A stretch of 64,000 nt of DNA. Source: Octopus vulgaris (taxonomy: Eukaryota). Below, one piece after another: positions 27,214 to 39,970 of the stretch; within the stretch, counting starts at the first letter, position 1; each line of letters opens with the position of its first letter. The stretch lies in assembly GCA_951406725.2 (NCBI GenBank), contig OX597843.1, positions 6,138,001 through 6,202,000 on the forward strand, given 5' to 3'. The position numbers and the translations under genes were made by a program. A model generated the notes under the pieces. The model was not told the DNA's origin, did no database searches, and was given only the letters and a program-made list of their open reading frames with translations.

Positions 27214-27378
27214 AAAAGGCGACGAGCTTGCCAATTAGCGCGCCAAACGAAAATGCTCAGAAGTACTCCGACCGCAAAGACGTCCCGGGGAAGCGAACCT
27301 CCCCAGGACGTCACGGCGGACGAAATACAACTAAGCAATTCCGTCCGACGCGCTAAACGACCGGGCCAGCTTGCCGCC
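27214..27378 (-). ncRNA. second copy of the candidate 161-nt hairpin RNA
   Basis: Base-for-base reverse complement of 9994-10158. Confidence 0.6.
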
Positions 27379-28040
27379 ACTGAAAAATTGTGTAAAAAAT
27401 GACATATTTAAGTTTAAAAAAAAAAAAGAAGAAAAATTGAAGGCTGTCCGTGGAACTAGACATAAGAAATATTCTACCATTATCGTCACAACATTCTTTA
27501 ACTTTTTCTCTCAAAATGGGTTCTTTTTCTTCAACCCAGTTTTGCTTTCACTTCTATTTAAAGCAGAATGCTTTGGCATCCAGACTCCCCTAAAATCCAC
27601 ACATATATAATATAAATGTATACATACCCACGTAAATATGTACATATATGTGTACAAGGCATCAAAAAAACGTTGGACACAACGAGAAACGAACTTTTGG
27701 GGTGGGACAACATAACAAAAATACAGATATACATATACGACGGGCTTCTTTGAGTTTCCATCTACCAAATTACATTGTCCCCAGCCCTTTGAATATTTCA
27801 AATAATTAAGGCTGCGAGCTGGCAGAAACGTTAGCATGCCGGGCGAAATGCTTAACAGTATTTCGTCTGGTGCTACGTTCTGGGTTCAAATTCCGCCGAG
27901 GTCGATTTTGCCTTTCATCGTTTTGGGGTCGATGTAATCGACTTAATCCGTTTATCTGTCCCCTTGTGGGTAGTAAAGAAATAGGTTTGCAGGAGTGTGA
28001 GAGTCAATTGGCAGATGAGTGAGTGATGAACAGGGCAGAG

Positions 28041-28788
28041 TCACTCAGGTTGAGTATGAGTGAAGTTATGTTTAGTCAAGTGTGCTCTTTGAGAGAACGA
28101 TTTGCCACAGGTATGACAAACATAGGGTTTTTCTCCTGTGTGAACACGTTGGTGAGTAGTTAACTGATCGTGGAGAGAGAAAGATTTTCCACAGGTGTCA
28201 CAGTGGTATGGCTTCTCACCTGTATGAATACGTATGTGAATGGTCAAGCTACCTGCCTGAGTGAAGGACTTGCCACAGATGTCACAACGATATTGTTTCT
28301 CTCCAGCATGAATGTGTTTGTGCTTCGTCAGAGCGCTTCCATTCGAGAATGCTTTTGCACAGGTAGGGTTTCTCGTCGCTGTGAATTCGGCTGTGGGTCG
28401 TCAGGTTGCCACTCCGCGAAAAAGATTTTCCACAGATGTCACAGTCGTACGGCCTCTCTCCTGTATGAATGCGCCTGTGAGCCGTTAAGTTACCACTTAG
28501 AGTGAACGACTTACCACAGATGTCACAGTGATAGGGCTTCTCTCCTGTATGAATACGTTTGTGATTATTTTGAAAGAACGAAGTACCACAAATATCACAG
28601 CGATATGGTTTCTCTCCTGTATGAGTACGTTTGTGAATAGAGAGGCTATCTTTGCGAGAAAATGTCTTTTTGCAAACATCACAAGGATATGCTGTTTTCC
28701 TTATATCTTTCGGCATCTCGTCAACAAAATTAATCCTTTTAGGCTCTGATTTACATTTAATATTGTCCTCACACAATTCAGTTTCCGT
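28041..28788 (-). pseudogene. C2H2 zinc-finger array gene (about 8 fingers), disrupted
   Basis: TGEKPY-linked fingers; probable start codon now ACG (28788-28786, in frame: (M)ETELCEDNIK); deleted helix in finger 2; frameshift near 28355; upstream 29000-29310 resembles 14315-14680. Confidence 0.85.
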
Positions 28789-29719
28789 CTCTCACCGAAA
28801 TATAAAGATGCTTTTCTATTTCTCGGAGTGGTCGGCGTTAGGAAGGGCATCCAGCTGTAGAAACTCTGCCAGATCAATATTGGAACCTGGTGCAGCCATC
28901 AGGTTCGCCAGCCCTCGGTTGAATCGTCCAACCCAAGCTAGCATGGAAAGCGGACATTAAACGACGATGATGATTCCTAAAGTGATTCTGTGTTATTTTC
29001 ATCAACTGTGATCTTCGTCAATATCCGAAGATGCTGCAAGCTCCGTCATTATCCAAGTTTCATGAGAACACGATATCATCTTCAGCGCATTCAAGACAGT
29101 GAAGTAGAGAAGTTTTACTAAACAATGTCAGTTAAATGAAATATTCCATTGCAATTTACCAAAGATTAATACAAACAGGGTAAAATTTGTTCTGTGTACA
29201 ATTTTCCTTTAGACTTGGTAAATGGTCGATGGATCCAGAGTAAAAATGTCCTTTAATGCCAAGCCATCTGGAATAGCAGAGAAACAGTATATACTAGAGA
29301 GGATACTTAAAATGTTGTGTGTGTGTCTTTTGTTTCAGTCATTGAAAAGTGTGCATTTTATGAAGAAAGGCAAGAACGGTTACCAAGGAAATCCAAGTTT
29401 ACCTTTCGATTTCGTATTAAGGTTATGTCATACAACCTCATGTAATCCCCATATTTCCAGACTACACATGTATCTTCCGTTTTGGAATTTGGCTTACAAG
29501 ATTCTTTATAATATAAAGTTTATATGAATTCGTGTGTTGAAGCATATTATTGGAAGGAAGAGCAAGCCTTCTTCTATCATACTCTGAATTTTGGTCAACT
29601 TGTGCCACAGGGTATATATTTCGGAATGGTCATTTTGCCAGTTTAGCCCATAAAAACACATGCACGATATATTTGGTGTTACTTTGCTTCAGTGTTATTT
29701 TTTACATTAATCTTATTTC

Positions 29720-31190
29720 GGCCAGAGTTCTTTCGTCACACTCCTGTGACCGCATCGGTGGTCCTTTGTTTTCTTATTTGTGTCTCTCCTTTCTAACCGT
29801 CAGCCATTTTGTATTTCTATTGTATGTCTTCATTTGCGCATGCTTATATCTCTCGTTCATGTGTTTACATCCGTATGTATAACAACAATACTAGTAATAA
29901 TAATAAATCAAAAAAATTATATATTTGTCTATATTGTAACCAGTTTGTGGGGATCCTCTACCATCATATGTTGTGGTGGGTGCTAGTGTTCCATTCCAGT
30001 TTCCTATTCAGGCTAGGTTCATCTTCTATTATGTGTGTAGCTTCTGTAATTTGTCTGATTGTTGCATCTGTTCTATGTGTGGAGAATATTTTAATTTCTA
30101 TGTTGTTGACTGATCCCCCGTGTTGGTACAGAATCGATGAGCTTTTACCTTCCTTGAGTTGTCTCCAATGTTCATTTACCCGCTCTCCTATGCTTCTTGC
30201 CTGGCTTTTCAACAACCTTAATCCTTAGCTTAAGTTTGTCTAGGGTCCTTCTAAAGCGGTATGCCAGTTCACCTCCAGGGGTGGTGTCAACGAACATGAC
30301 ACTCTGGTATTTATGGCGATCATACCAAGAGGTGGCCTCCCCTATTTTCTTTTTTTGTCCTTTCTATAGTGTTCCATGACTTGTACCTATAGAGTGGGCA
30401 AATCCCATTCCTATCATTACATGATATATTATCAAATTTCTTTATGGCTGTAACCTGAGAACTGCATGCGGTGAATGAAATAATGTATGTGTCTCTTTAA
30501 TTCTGTAAGCTCGCATATGCGTGACACATTTCTCATTATTCTGACGAGGTCTGCCATAAAAATATTGAATTTGGCTGAGTTCCGGTGGATCAAGTATTTT
30601 GAGGCCATAGTATGAATAAAGGATCTGGGTTTTATTATTCACAATTTCTAGCGAGAGTTCAGTGTCTAGTACTGGTAGTCTATTGTTACCTTAATACTCT
30701 GGTGGATGGAGTTAGCTATTTGCTGGAATGCTCTCCATAGTATTAGTTTCTATTATTATATCAACAGTACTCTCTTGTGGGGGTGCCTTTACCACTATGT
30801 TGATATCATCAACATAGCGAGAGTACATGTTAACAAGTATGGAGTTCTGTGTTAGGCGTTCTTTAAGCCTTCTGTCCCACCATACCATGAAAAGGTTGGC
30901 CACATCACCAGCGATACTAACGCCGATGGCTGCCCCCTCGTCCTGGGCATATATTTTATTGTTAAACTTAAACGTGTGGCCTTTTAGGGTAACTCTTATA
31001 CTAGCTCCTAATGCATGTGCGATCATTTTCTTTACCTGATGGACATTTGCGGGGCTCTGGTCCATCCGCGCCATATATATTTGCTAATCCTAGAAGATTG
31101 ATGCGAAGAAGTGAATAAATTATCCGCAAGTCAAAGATGTGTCCTTAATGCTTGCAACAATCCAGACTCTGCTAAATTCACACTAAGGGA
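29720..31190 (-). mobile_element. Penelope-like retroelement relic (RT + GIY-YIG + hammerhead relic)
   Basis: RT FKFNNKIYAQDEGAAIGVSIAGDVANLFM...YSRYVDDI (30712-31074); endonuclease tail (29964-30215); minimal hammerhead-like fold at 29720-29763. Confidence 0.88.
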
Positions 31191-32371
31191 ATATTAACCA
31201 AGGTGGACATAGCAAATGTAAATACAACAACAAAATATTTCCTCTTTTATTTTTTTTGTTTTATTCATTTCAAAATCATTCAATCTGTCACAGTGGACAA
31301 TGATGCTGTCAGTCTGCAATATCTTCTCCTCCTCCACACTCAGGCACTAAAGAAACGGAACAGGGGCTGATGTGGCAGAGATGAATTTCAATGGCTTGTG
31401 AGAGGTCGTATTGATGGCAGGGGTGGAGTGGGGGGAGAACTGAGAGATATTGTTGACAGGGAGGTGTTAGAGAAATAGATCCAAAGACCTAGTCTTCAGT
31501 AGTGAATCAAAGGCTAATTAACTAATAATAATTATGGCAGGAGAATTGCTGATGTGATAATGTTTCCCGTCTTAATGATAATAATCCTTTCTAATATAGG
31601 CACAAGGCCTGGAATTTGTGGAGGGGAGGGTAGTCGATCACATTGATCCCTGTTCTTGGCTGGTACCTAATTTATCGGGATGAAAGGCAATGTTGACCTT
31701 TGGGGAATTTGAACTCAGAATTTAAAGTAAGGAAGAAATGCCACTTAGCATTCACCTGGTGTGCTAATTATTTTGCCACCTTAATAGTAGTAATAATAAT
31801 CCTTTCTAATATAGGCACAAGGCCTGGAATTTGTAGAGGGGAGTGGATTGCGCCGACTCTAGTGTTTCATTACTACTTAATTTATTGCAGAACATAGCAA
31901 CAGATGGAACACCAGGAAGCATTTTGTCTGCTAGCTCGCCGCTTTATTGACGATATTAGCAACTTGTAATGTTTTGTAAAGATAAATAAAGGACAAACAA
32001 TCATTATAGTATGGTGTGAGGTAGAAAATGTGCTGTGTGTGTATAAAGTCATGTACAAGTCTATGCACCCTTTCATTACCAGCCTGGATCTGCAGTACAA
32101 ATGTCTTGTTTTGAATTAAAATCTTCCACTAAGCTTTAGTCACAATTTGTGTTCCTAACACTAGCTGAAATTCTTTGTTATATTTAAAATTAATTGAAAG
32201 AAACACAGAGCATCTTAGAAGGTTTAAGATATATATTAGAGAAATAATTCTTAACCCTTTTGATACCACCTCTGGCTCAGTAGTACAAGTGTCTTGTTTT
32301 GAATTAACATCATAGATACATGGAAATTTTAAAATGTGTGTGATTGTATATATGCAATGTGTGTGAATGTA

Positions 32372-32978
32372 TTAGGCTGTCAAGAAAGTTCTTGTGGAAT
32401 TTTTGACTTTATTTATCATTTTAAAACCCGTTTTCCATTCTATCTAATCGTGTTACTCTTTTCGAATAACGAGGCCGTTTTTTTCCGGAATGTTGTGGAC
32501 AAGAAGCAAATTTGCACAATTTTCTTATTCCAGTTCTAGCTTGGCCAAGAAGCTGCTGAGAACAGCTCGCGATATCAACGATGCGTTTGGCCCAGTTTCC
32601 ACCACACAAATTGATTAACAACCAAAACAAAATGCTGTTTTGAAGTGTTGTCTTCCCTTCTTTTATGTAACAAGAACGACCGGATTGTGACAGTCAGCTC
32701 AGTGGTTGGATGCTGACGAAGCTCCACGGCACTTCCCGAAGCCAAAGTCGCCCCAAAAGAAGGCCATGGGTTACTGTTTGGTGGTCTCATGGATCACAGC
32801 TTTTTGGATCCAGGTGGAGAGGTACTGTCAGCAAATGGATGAATTGCATAGGAAACTCTGACAACAACAGCCAGCATTGGTCAATAGAAAGGGACCATGG
32901 CTACACTGTTTATTTCTAAAGTTTTGTGTGCATCTGAATTTAAAGGTCCAAAATCACAAGAACTTTCTTGACAACATA
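32372..32978 (+). mobile_element. Tc1/mariner relic
   Basis: TIRs plus transposase remnant ..VTVWWS. Confidence 0.82.
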
Positions 32979-33622
32979 GTGTGTGTGTATTTGGTTTGCA
33001 AGATTCTTTTTGTGTGTTGAAGCGTATTTTATGGTCCGGCAAGTGTCTTCTACTATAGCCTTGAGTGTGGATTTGGTAGACAGAAACAGTAAGAAGCCTG
33101 TTGTGTGTGTATATATGTTTACATCCCGGCAAAAGAGACCGATAGAATAAGTCCTGGGGTCGACTAAACGCGGTGCCACAGTCAAATGATTGAGAAGATT
33201 TAGCTATTTATGATGAAGAAGAATGTGTGGTTATTAAGCTGAAAATACCTCACTTGGGGCACTAAAACTCCTGACTGTATTTTATTTGCAAATGTTGGTA
33301 ATCTCAAAGTAAATCCGTGTATTTTATAATAATATATATATATATAGGTACACACATACATATATATATGTTCATATACAGACATAATTTATATAAGTAC
33401 AATTTGTGCGCAATTAAGCTAGCAGCACCGAGTCGAACAAACCTATCCGTAATACAATAATGGTGATGTTCTTAACTGTTATATGGGAATGTAAATATGC
33501 TTGCAAATTTTTGTTACTGTGTTCTGAATACTTTTATTTTAATAAAAGTTGCTTACTGCAAGTTATGGATGCCTCTGTATACATCTCTCCCTTACAGGGT
33601 TTAAACACCTCTGACATATATA

Positions 33623-33977
33623 TCTCTCTATATATAAACGGCAGTTTGTCTGTCAGTTTGTACCCTCACCCTGACCACGGCTTTCAACCGATTCTGATGA
33701 AACTTGACACACACATAGCCCAATGTCATAATTCAAAACTAACGCAGTGAAAATTTTGAAAAGTTCCCCCAGTTCTGAAAAAGATCGATAAATTCGACAT
33801 GGGGTCGACAATCAGAAACACAAACCACAGGTGGTCTAGGGGACGCAACTCGACCTTTTTAACTATCAAAAAAAAAATTTACCATAATTTTTTTCCCCAT
33901 TTTTTGCTATAGCTCTCTAAAAATGCTTTATAGTTGTTTCCCTTACAAACCCGAGCAACGCCGGGCGATACTGCTAG
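33623..33977 (+). mobile_element. non-autonomous Helitron
   Basis: A|TC...CCGAGCAACGCCGGG..CTAG|T with no TSD; empty site in the paralog at about 20000. Confidence 0.88.
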
Positions 33978-34048
33978 TATTATTATAAGATGTAATACAT
34001 ATACACACAGGTTATCCCTGCAGATGACAACATGTGGCCAAGCAGTGT

Positions 34049-35275
34049 TTAGTCAACAAGAGATGTATTTTTAATTTTACCAGGATTTACATCTCTGGTC
34101 AACCCATTTTGCACACTTGCTCCAAATTTGAAATTCTTCCCTGCCTTGTTCCTCCTCGACTTTAAAATCCGCAGAAGTGCCTGGCTGCGCTCTTTCTGCA
34201 TGAGAGTGATGACAACGTTCTCCTTCGGCGCCTCTTCATCACCCTCCTCGCTGTCAACATCCCGATGGTCGTGAAGCTCTTCCCCGTTGCATTTAGACGT
34301 AACCTTTTTTCGGCTGTCATTGATGTCCGTGTCTTGGGTGGACAGCTTCCTTTTGAAGGCTTTCGTCCTGTGTTTGTTTGGATTCTTTGTTGCATTAAAG
34401 CCTGGGACTTGTACGACAGCACCTGCAGTTGTTGCGTTCCGTTTGTGAAGTAAATTTGTCAGGAACAGTGCTGAATGCTTGAAAGAATATGGCGAAGGGA
34501 TCTTTAAACAGTTCTGCTTTTTACCTGAGAATTGCTGCCCCTGTTTTCTTTCATGTTCACTTCTTATCAAATGCGATTGGTTCATTTTATTTGATACAGT
34601 TTCTCTCATCATTTTTGTTGTAGGTATTGCTGCTGTTGTTGTTGTTCTCGTCGAAGTCAACAAACTTTGGTCGGCTTCCAGAGAGTCGCGGCACTTTACT
34701 GGGTGGTATGGAACTAAAGGCTCGGAAGATTTGAATTTATTAACGATTTGCGAAGAACCCCAGAATGAAAACTGGTCCGGCGCTGTTGAAACGATCACAA
34801 AAGCTTCCATATCGTCTTCAGAAAGTTTTACAGCATCCTTCACAAAAGAAGGAATTTCGTTCGCTTTCTCTGAGCGACCTTCGTTTGACAATTCTGTCTG
34901 TTCAACTTTTGAAATAACAGGAAATTGTTTATTGTTAAGGAATTTGTCAGCAGAGAGAAGAGATTCTTTGGTAGATCCGTTGCCAGGCATAAAGTTTAAG
35001 TTTCTGTGGTTCTGTGTAAGGTCCAAAGCTTGGTCCTCGACTTGATGGAATTGGTTGAGATTAGGGACGGCAATGATTGATGCAGTACCATACAGAGATG
35101 GAAAAGCATGATTATTATTGTTGTTAGTGGAATAAGTCCAGCCGATGCAATTTGGGGAATTTTTATCATCGTAGCTTTTGTCTCTGTCAGCAAACCCGCC
35201 AGTGTGGTCGATGGTTTTGGAAGATGCAATGGTGTCGCACTGGGATGGCTTGTCATTCTTTCTCGTTGTGCTTGT
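34049..35275 (-). CDS. large, probably terminal coding exon (408 codons) of an uncharacterised protein
   Basis: Frame open from a polypyrimidine/TTACAG acceptor (phase 0, TSTTRKNDK...) to the stop at 34049; an in-frame stop lies just upstream of the acceptor; basic C-terminal patch. Confidence 0.72.
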   Translation of the reverse strand, partial: TSTTRKNDKPSQCDTIASSKTIDHTGGFADRDKSYDDKNSPNCIGWTYSTNNNNNHAFPSLYGTASIIAVPNLNQFHQVEDQALDLTQNHRNLNFMPGNGSTKESLLSADKFLNNKQFPVISKVEQTELSNEGRSEKANEIPSFVKDAVKLSEDDMEAFVIVSTAPDQFSFWGSSQIVNKFKSSEPLVPYHPVKCRDSLEADQSLLTSTRTTTTAAIPTTKMMRETVSNKMNQSHLIRSEHERKQGQQFSGKKQNCLKIPSPYSFKHSALFLTNLLHKRNATTAGAVVQVPGFNATKNPNKHRTKAFKRKLSTQDTDINDSRKKVTSKCNGEELHDHRDVDSEEGDEEAPKENVVITLMQKERSQALLRILKSRRNKAGKNFKFGASVQNGLTRDVNPGKIKNTSLVD

Positions 35276-35384
35276 CTGTAATTAAGGAAAAAGGAATAAA
35301 ACAATTTTACTGATATGAAAAAAAATGATGATGATGAAATTGTGTTCAGGTGCGTATAAAACTTATGTAGAGAGACAGATATGT

Positions 35385-35835
35385 TAGTTAGTTAATTTGG
35401 CTCAAAAGCAAATAGCAAGGACATGGAGTTAAGTACAGGGTGGTGTTCAGGCCACTTGAGGTCAAGGGAGACTTTGAACAAAGCGGTCATCGGCATCTTC
35501 ACTATCTCGACCGGCAGCTTATTCCACTGATCCGCAACCCGGACGGAGAAAGCCCCTCTCCTTCGATTGAGATGAAATCGTCGCAGATAGAGCTTTTCGG
35601 AATGACCTCGCAGCCGACGCTCTGGAGCAGGAGTGAAGAACAGCTCTTTCGAGAGGTTACACTTTCCGCTTATGATGTTGTGAGCAAGAATGAGATCACC
35701 ACAGCGTCGTCGTTTTTCTAGAGAATAAAGGTCGAGCGTCTTCAGCCTTTCTTCATAAGACAAATTCTTGAGGCCAAGAACCATGCGGGTAGCCAGCTTC
35801 TGGACTCTTTCGAGATGCTGTATGTCTTTGAGGAT
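35385..35835 (-). mobile_element. CR1-clade LINE 3' end
   Basis: KDIQHLERVQKLATRMV.GL..LSYEERL..LDLYSLEKRR..GDLI...RGHS.KL...FSVRV...WNKLP; (TAAC)n tail. Confidence 0.92.
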
Positions 35836-35998
35836 ATATGTATATAGAGAAGGAAAGGGAGACAAAAAGATATATGTATATAGAAAGAGCAACATAAAAT
35901 GAAGTGTTTTGCTCAAGAACACAATGTGTTGTCCAGGAATCGAAACCACGATCATGAGTTCAACACCCTAACCACGTGCCTCCACTTATATATATATA

Positions 35999-36364
35999 CT
36001 AGCAGTATCGCCCGGCGTTGCTCAGGTTTATAAGGGAAATAACTATAAAGCGTTTTTAGAGAGTTATAGCCAAAAAAATGGAAAAAACTGATGGTAAATT
36101 TTTTTTGAGAGTAAAAAAAGGTGGAGTTGCGTCCCCTAGACAGTTTGCGGTTTGTGTTTCTGATTCTCGACCCCATGTCGAATTTATCGATTTTTTTCAG
36201 AACTGGGGAACTTTTCAAAATTTTCGCTGCGTTAGTTTTGAATTATGACATTGGGCTATGTGTGTGTCAAGTTTCATCAGAATCGGTTGAAAGCCGTGGT
36301 CAGGGTGAGGGTACAAGCAAACAGACACACAGACAAACTGCCGTTTATATATAGAGAGAAGAGA
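35999..36364 (-). mobile_element. non-autonomous Helitron, same family as 33623
   Basis: Reverse complement with CTAG end at 35999-36002. Confidence 0.85.
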
Positions 36365-36649
36365 TAATAAGGATGAAAAATTTAATGTTAATTTTATTAA
36401 TATCAATTTAGAACCAGTGGTCTAGCACAGTGCTTTTCAAACTTTTTGCTAGAGCGGAGCCCCTGTGCAATAGTCTTATCTGCACAGGAGAATTAAAAAT
36501 TACTGCCGATTTTAGCAATTTTGTAACTTCTTGTGGAACCCTAACGTTCCGCAGAACCCTGGTTGAAAACCACTGATATAGAGAAAGGAAGAGAAGGTCA
36601 ATACAGTAAAATTTATAGCACACAGAGCTGGGGGTCAGTAGTGTAGTGA

Positions 36650-36900
36650 AAGCATGTGATAAAGATAAGACTACTGAATGATGAGGGAACTCGAATGTAG
36701 AGCCTAAAAACAGAAACAATTCCCATTATAGTAAGAACATTAGGTGTGATAACAAAGAACTTCAGACAAATACGTGACAGAAACTAGCACTGCCCACATC
36801 CTACGCAAAACACTTTCAATACAGTAACCAAAAGAACATCACAGAGCTGCGCTCGGTAGTTATGTGAAAGCAAGCTATAAAACTATTGAATAATAATAAT
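36650..36900 (+). mobile_element. R4/Dong-like (RLE-type) LINE 3' relic
   Basis: PII..TLGVI and TAHILRKTLSIQ* remnants ending in (TAA)n; paralog at about 21000-21180. Confidence 0.6.
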
Positions 36901-37894
36901 AGTTTTAAATAAGGTGGGTGAGCTGACAGAGTCGTTACTATGTCAGACAAAATGCTTAGCATCATTTCTTCCAATTTTACATTCAGAGTTCAAATTCTAC
37001 CGAGGTCGTCTTTGCCGTTCATCCTTTTGGAATCGACAAATTAAGGGCCAGTGAAATACTGGGGGGGAGGGTTGTAATCAACTTTGCCCTTCTCCCAGAG
37101 TTGCTGGCCTTGTGCCATAATTTGAAACTGATAATAGTTTCAAAGTTTGAAACAAGGCCAACAAGTTTTAGGGGAGAGTCGGTTATGTTGACCCTAGAAC
37201 AAGGAAAGGAAACTCAAACTTATCCAAAATGCCAACAGTTCTGTCTGTTTGCTGCCTTGATGATGAGAATAATAATTTATTTCTTTATTACCCACAGGGG
37301 ACATACAAAGAAATTAAGTTGATTACATCGACTCCAGTCTGTAACTGGTACTTATTTAATTGACCCACGAAGGGATGAAAGGCAAAGTCGACCTCTGCGG
37401 GATTTGAAATCAAATTCAATGGGTGGCATCTGTGCTAGTGGAGCGCTGAGAGCACCATCCGAGCGTGATCGTTGCCAGAGCAACAAACTGGCTTCCGTGC
37501 TGGTGGCAAGTAAAAAGCACCATTCAAGCGTTATCGTTGCCAGTACCACCTGACTGGCCCTCATGCCAGTGGCACGTAAAAGCACCCACTACACTCTCAG
37601 AGTGGTTGGCATTAGGAAGGGCATCCAGGTGTAGAAAGTCTGCCAGATCAGATTGGAGCCTGGTTCGCCAGACCTCAGTCAAATCTTCCAGCATGGAAAG
37701 CGGACGTTGATGATAATGATTATAATTCATTTATTGGCCACAAGGGCTTACATTAAAACAATAATTATAATCTTTTCTACTCTAGGTACAAGGCCTGGAT
37801 TTTGTGGGGAGTGAGACAGCCAATCACTTCGACCACAATACTCAACTGGAACTTAATTTATGTAAGGGGCAAAGGTGAACTCAGAACATAAAAG

Positions 37895-38212
37895 ACTCCG
37901 CCGGTTACGACGACGAGGGTCCCAGCTGATACGATCAACGGAACAGCTTGCTTGTGAAATTAACGTGCAAATGGCTGAGCATTCCACAGATACGTGTACC
38001 CTTAACGTAGTTCTCGGGGATAATCAGCGTGACACAGAGAGTGACAAGGCTGACCCTTTGAAATACAAGTACAACTCATTTTTGCCAGCTGAGTGGACTG
38101 GAGCAACGTGAAATAAAGTGTCTTGCTCAAGGACACAACGCGTCGCCGGGAATAGAACTCACAACCTTACGATCATGAGCCGAATGCCCTAACCACTAAG
38201 CCACGCGCCCTC
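37895..38212 (-). mobile_element. SINE family D-related copy
   Basis: Shares the GAGAACTACGTTAAGGGTACACGT..CCCTCGTCGTCGTAACC tail with the 50367 element; tRNA-like head. Confidence 0.8.
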
Positions 38213-39794
38213 ACTAACTCAGAACATAAAGGTAGACGAAATACCACAAAGCATTTCGTCAGGTGTGCTAACGATTCTGCCATAATAGTAATTTCTACTC
38301 TAGGTACAAGGCCCTGAAAATTTTTGGGGAAAGGGTATGGTCGGATACATTGACACCAGTGCTTATTTCGACCCCGAAAGGCAAAGCTGACCTTGGCGGA
38401 ATTTGAACTCAGAATACTGCTAACCAGTTTACCTGGCATGCTAATGATTCTGCCAGCTTGCTTGCCTATAATGGTTTCAAATTTTGGCACAAGGGCAGCT
38501 ATTTTGGGGAAGGGGATAAGTCGATTACTTCAACCCCAGTGTTTCACTGGTGCTTAATTTATCACCCCCTCGAAAGGATGATAGCCATAAAAAAAAACAG
38601 CAGAACTTGGGGTAGTTCTCTGGCTTGCCAGCTCTTGTTAAGTGTATATATAGGAGTGGTAAGTAGCTTGCTTACCAACCACATGGTTCCAGGTTCAGTC
38701 CCACTGCGTGGCACCTTGGGCAAGTGTCTTCTACTATAGCCTCGGGCCGACCAAAGCCTTGTGAGTGGATTTGGTAGACGGAGACTGAAAGAAGCCCGTC
38801 GTATGTGTGTTTATGTCCCCATTACTTAGTGGTTCGGCAAAAGAGACCGATAGAATAAGTACCAGGCTTACAAAGAATAAGTCCTGGGGTCGAGTTGCTC
38901 GATTAAAGGCGGTACTCCAGCATGACTGAAACAAGTAAAAGAGTTTATAGGATTTGGGTAAGTATTTCTTTAAATATAAGAAAGAATTTAGTAAAATAAC
39001 TTAGTTATCATTCAGCTAATGTTAGGAACATAAATTTGTGACTAAGGTTTGGTGGAAGATTTTAATTCAAAACTTATGGAAACAAGACATTTGTACTACA
39101 GAGCCAGAGGTGGTTTCAACCAGGTTAGTATCAAAAGGGTTAAGAATTGTTTCTCTATTATATATCTTAACCCTTCTGTTACCATATTTCTGTTGAGATG
39201 CTCTGTGTTTCTTTCAATTAATTTTAAATATAACAAAGAATTTAGTAAAATAACTTAGTTATCATTCAGCTAGTGTTAGGAACATAAATTGTGACTAAGG
39301 TTTGGTGGAAGATTTTAATTCAAAACTTATGCAAACAAGACATTTGTAGCCAGATCCGGTTTCAGCCAGGTTGGTATCAAAAAGATGAAAGGTAACGTGA
39401 AACTCTAAGTAACAGTTTTTGTAATGTCTTTGCAGCTTTTTAATAAAATATATCTGTAAAGTGTGTCTTTGTGTTTATACCACTTGACAACTGATGTTAG
39501 TGTCTTTACATCCCTATAACTTAGTAGTTCGGCAAAAGTGACTGATAGAATAGGCGTTTAAAAAACCATAAGCCCTGGGGTAGATTTTATTCAACTAAAA
39601 ACCCTTGAAGGTGGTGCTCCAGCATGGCCACCGACTAATGACTGAAACGAGTAATAGATTACTACACGTGACCCTCCCTTAAGGCAACAGAGTTCGATTT
39701 GAGGGAGACGTGGCTGTGATTTCTAGAGGTCTGAGCGAATTGGACATACTGAAAGTTGGAGTTTTCTTGATTATGTAATTTAAGTGTGACTTAC

Positions 39795-39970
39795 CTTGAC
39801 CCTGTTGACGAGGTTCTTTTGGGGCGGGACCCAATTGACATTTGGGGGTACGTGCCTTCCCGTCACGTCGACCTCCCAGTTGCCAATGTTGTGGAGGTAC
39901 ATCCGCATGTTGACACGGAACGAACAACGATGGCCACTTTTCGCTCGTTTCTCATCTTTCTTCAGGCAAT
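39795..39970 (-). CDS. internal coding exon (176 bp)
   Basis: Acceptor TTTCTCTTTTCCACAG and donor AAG|GTAAGT; open frame CLKKDEKRAKSGHRCSFRVNMRMYLHNIGNWEVDVTGRHVPPNVNWVPPQKNLVNRVK; ends in phase 0, compatible with the 35275 exon. Confidence 0.75.

Larger units (their letters stand above)
22430..28082 (-). repeat. right arm of the inverted segmental duplication
   Basis: See 8461-17230. Confidence 0.92.
29551..38967 (+). repeat. second, more complete copy of the direct segmental duplication
   Basis: See 16947-22418. Confidence 0.92.
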
